In this document: piece after piece, positions 63,455 through 64,000 of the stretch | Position numbering within the stretch: position 1 is the stretch's first letter | How the letters are laid out: each line of letters begins with the position of its first letter | Assembly (NCBI GenBank): GCA_964252035.1 | Contig: OZ176216.1 | Strand: one strand, 5' to 3' | Length of the DNA stretch: 64,000 nucleotides | Source: Podarcis erhardii | Taxonomy: Eukaryota | Made by a program: the position numbers and the translations under genes | Notes under the pieces: model-generated | Told to the model about the DNA's origin: nothing | Databases searched by the model: none | The model's input: only the letters and a program-made list of their open reading frames with translations

Positions 63455-64000
63455 GCACGCGCAAAGAAGAACAAACAGTTTAGGGCATGTAAACATTTTA
63501 AGCAAATTTAATGGCTCCCCATAAGGAAGCTGAGAACTAGGGAAGCCTACAAAATAGTTCTCAGAACCTTGACAAACAACACTTCCTGGAAACTTTGGGG
63601 GAAGCAATGACATTAAAATACAAATCTATACTAGTCACATCTGTAGCATAAATGGGCCCTTGGGTTCAGATTTAAGCATTAGCAACCCAAACACTCTAGC
63701 AGCATCAGGCTAACACATTAAAACAAAGAGATGGAGTCATGCCTGAAAGAATGATTTCCCACCTTCACACAATCAAGGTTTAGAGCAGATCAAGTACCAT
63801 AATGGGGAAAAGAAAATCAGGTTAAACCAAGCAGATTTCTAAAAAAAGTTCTCCAGTTAAAACACACATTAGCAAAATCCACATCCAAAGCTTTAGCTCA
63901 GTTTTAGACAGTTCTCTTTTCCCCTCTAGGAAATTTATTTTGTAGATTGTACTACTGTATTGAATTCTCATTGGCTGTGATCACACATCACATTAAATAC

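Noticed and set aside
63911-63929. Strong plus-strand acceptor-like tract ttctcttttcccctctag
   Set aside because: No donor or ORF can be evaluated before the window ends.
58950-64000. SIK2 exons 1-2
   Set aside because: I scanned for VAIKIIDK...HPHIIKLYQ coding sequence and did not find it; these exons are presumably beyond the window.

Overview
Vertebrate (squamate, probably lacertid lizard, judged from Sauria SINEs and the transposon families) genomic DNA containing most of the SIK2 (salt-inducible kinase 2) gene on the minus strand. I traced 13 coding exons by hand (equivalent to human exons 3-15, 58949 down to the stop at 1284). All have GT-AG boundaries, and they join into one open frame of 2466 nt (821 aa + stop). 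I did not find exons 1-2, which presumably lie beyond 64000. Positions 1-1283 are 3' UTR. The introns contain many transposon relics: L1, L2, CR1, an RTE-X-like LINE end, Sauria SINEs, Tc1/pogo-type and hAT-type MITEs, and Penelope-like elements (PLEs); many have readable target-site duplications (TSDs). The most notable non-coding signal is a set of PLE insertions of different ages. Two carry a complete minimal hammerhead-ribozyme motif (23809-23854 and 59867-59904) antisense to SIK2. One is a perfect 84-bp inverted repeat, and two are older decayed hairpins of the same design. Other observations: a retroelement tail inserted at the exon-6 splice donor, a 45-bp template-switch palindrome, a dense E-box cluster, a perfect CRE, and a candidate plus-strand terminal exon inside the SIK2 3' UTR. 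There are no prokaryotic features. No database search was run; family names come from motif recognition.
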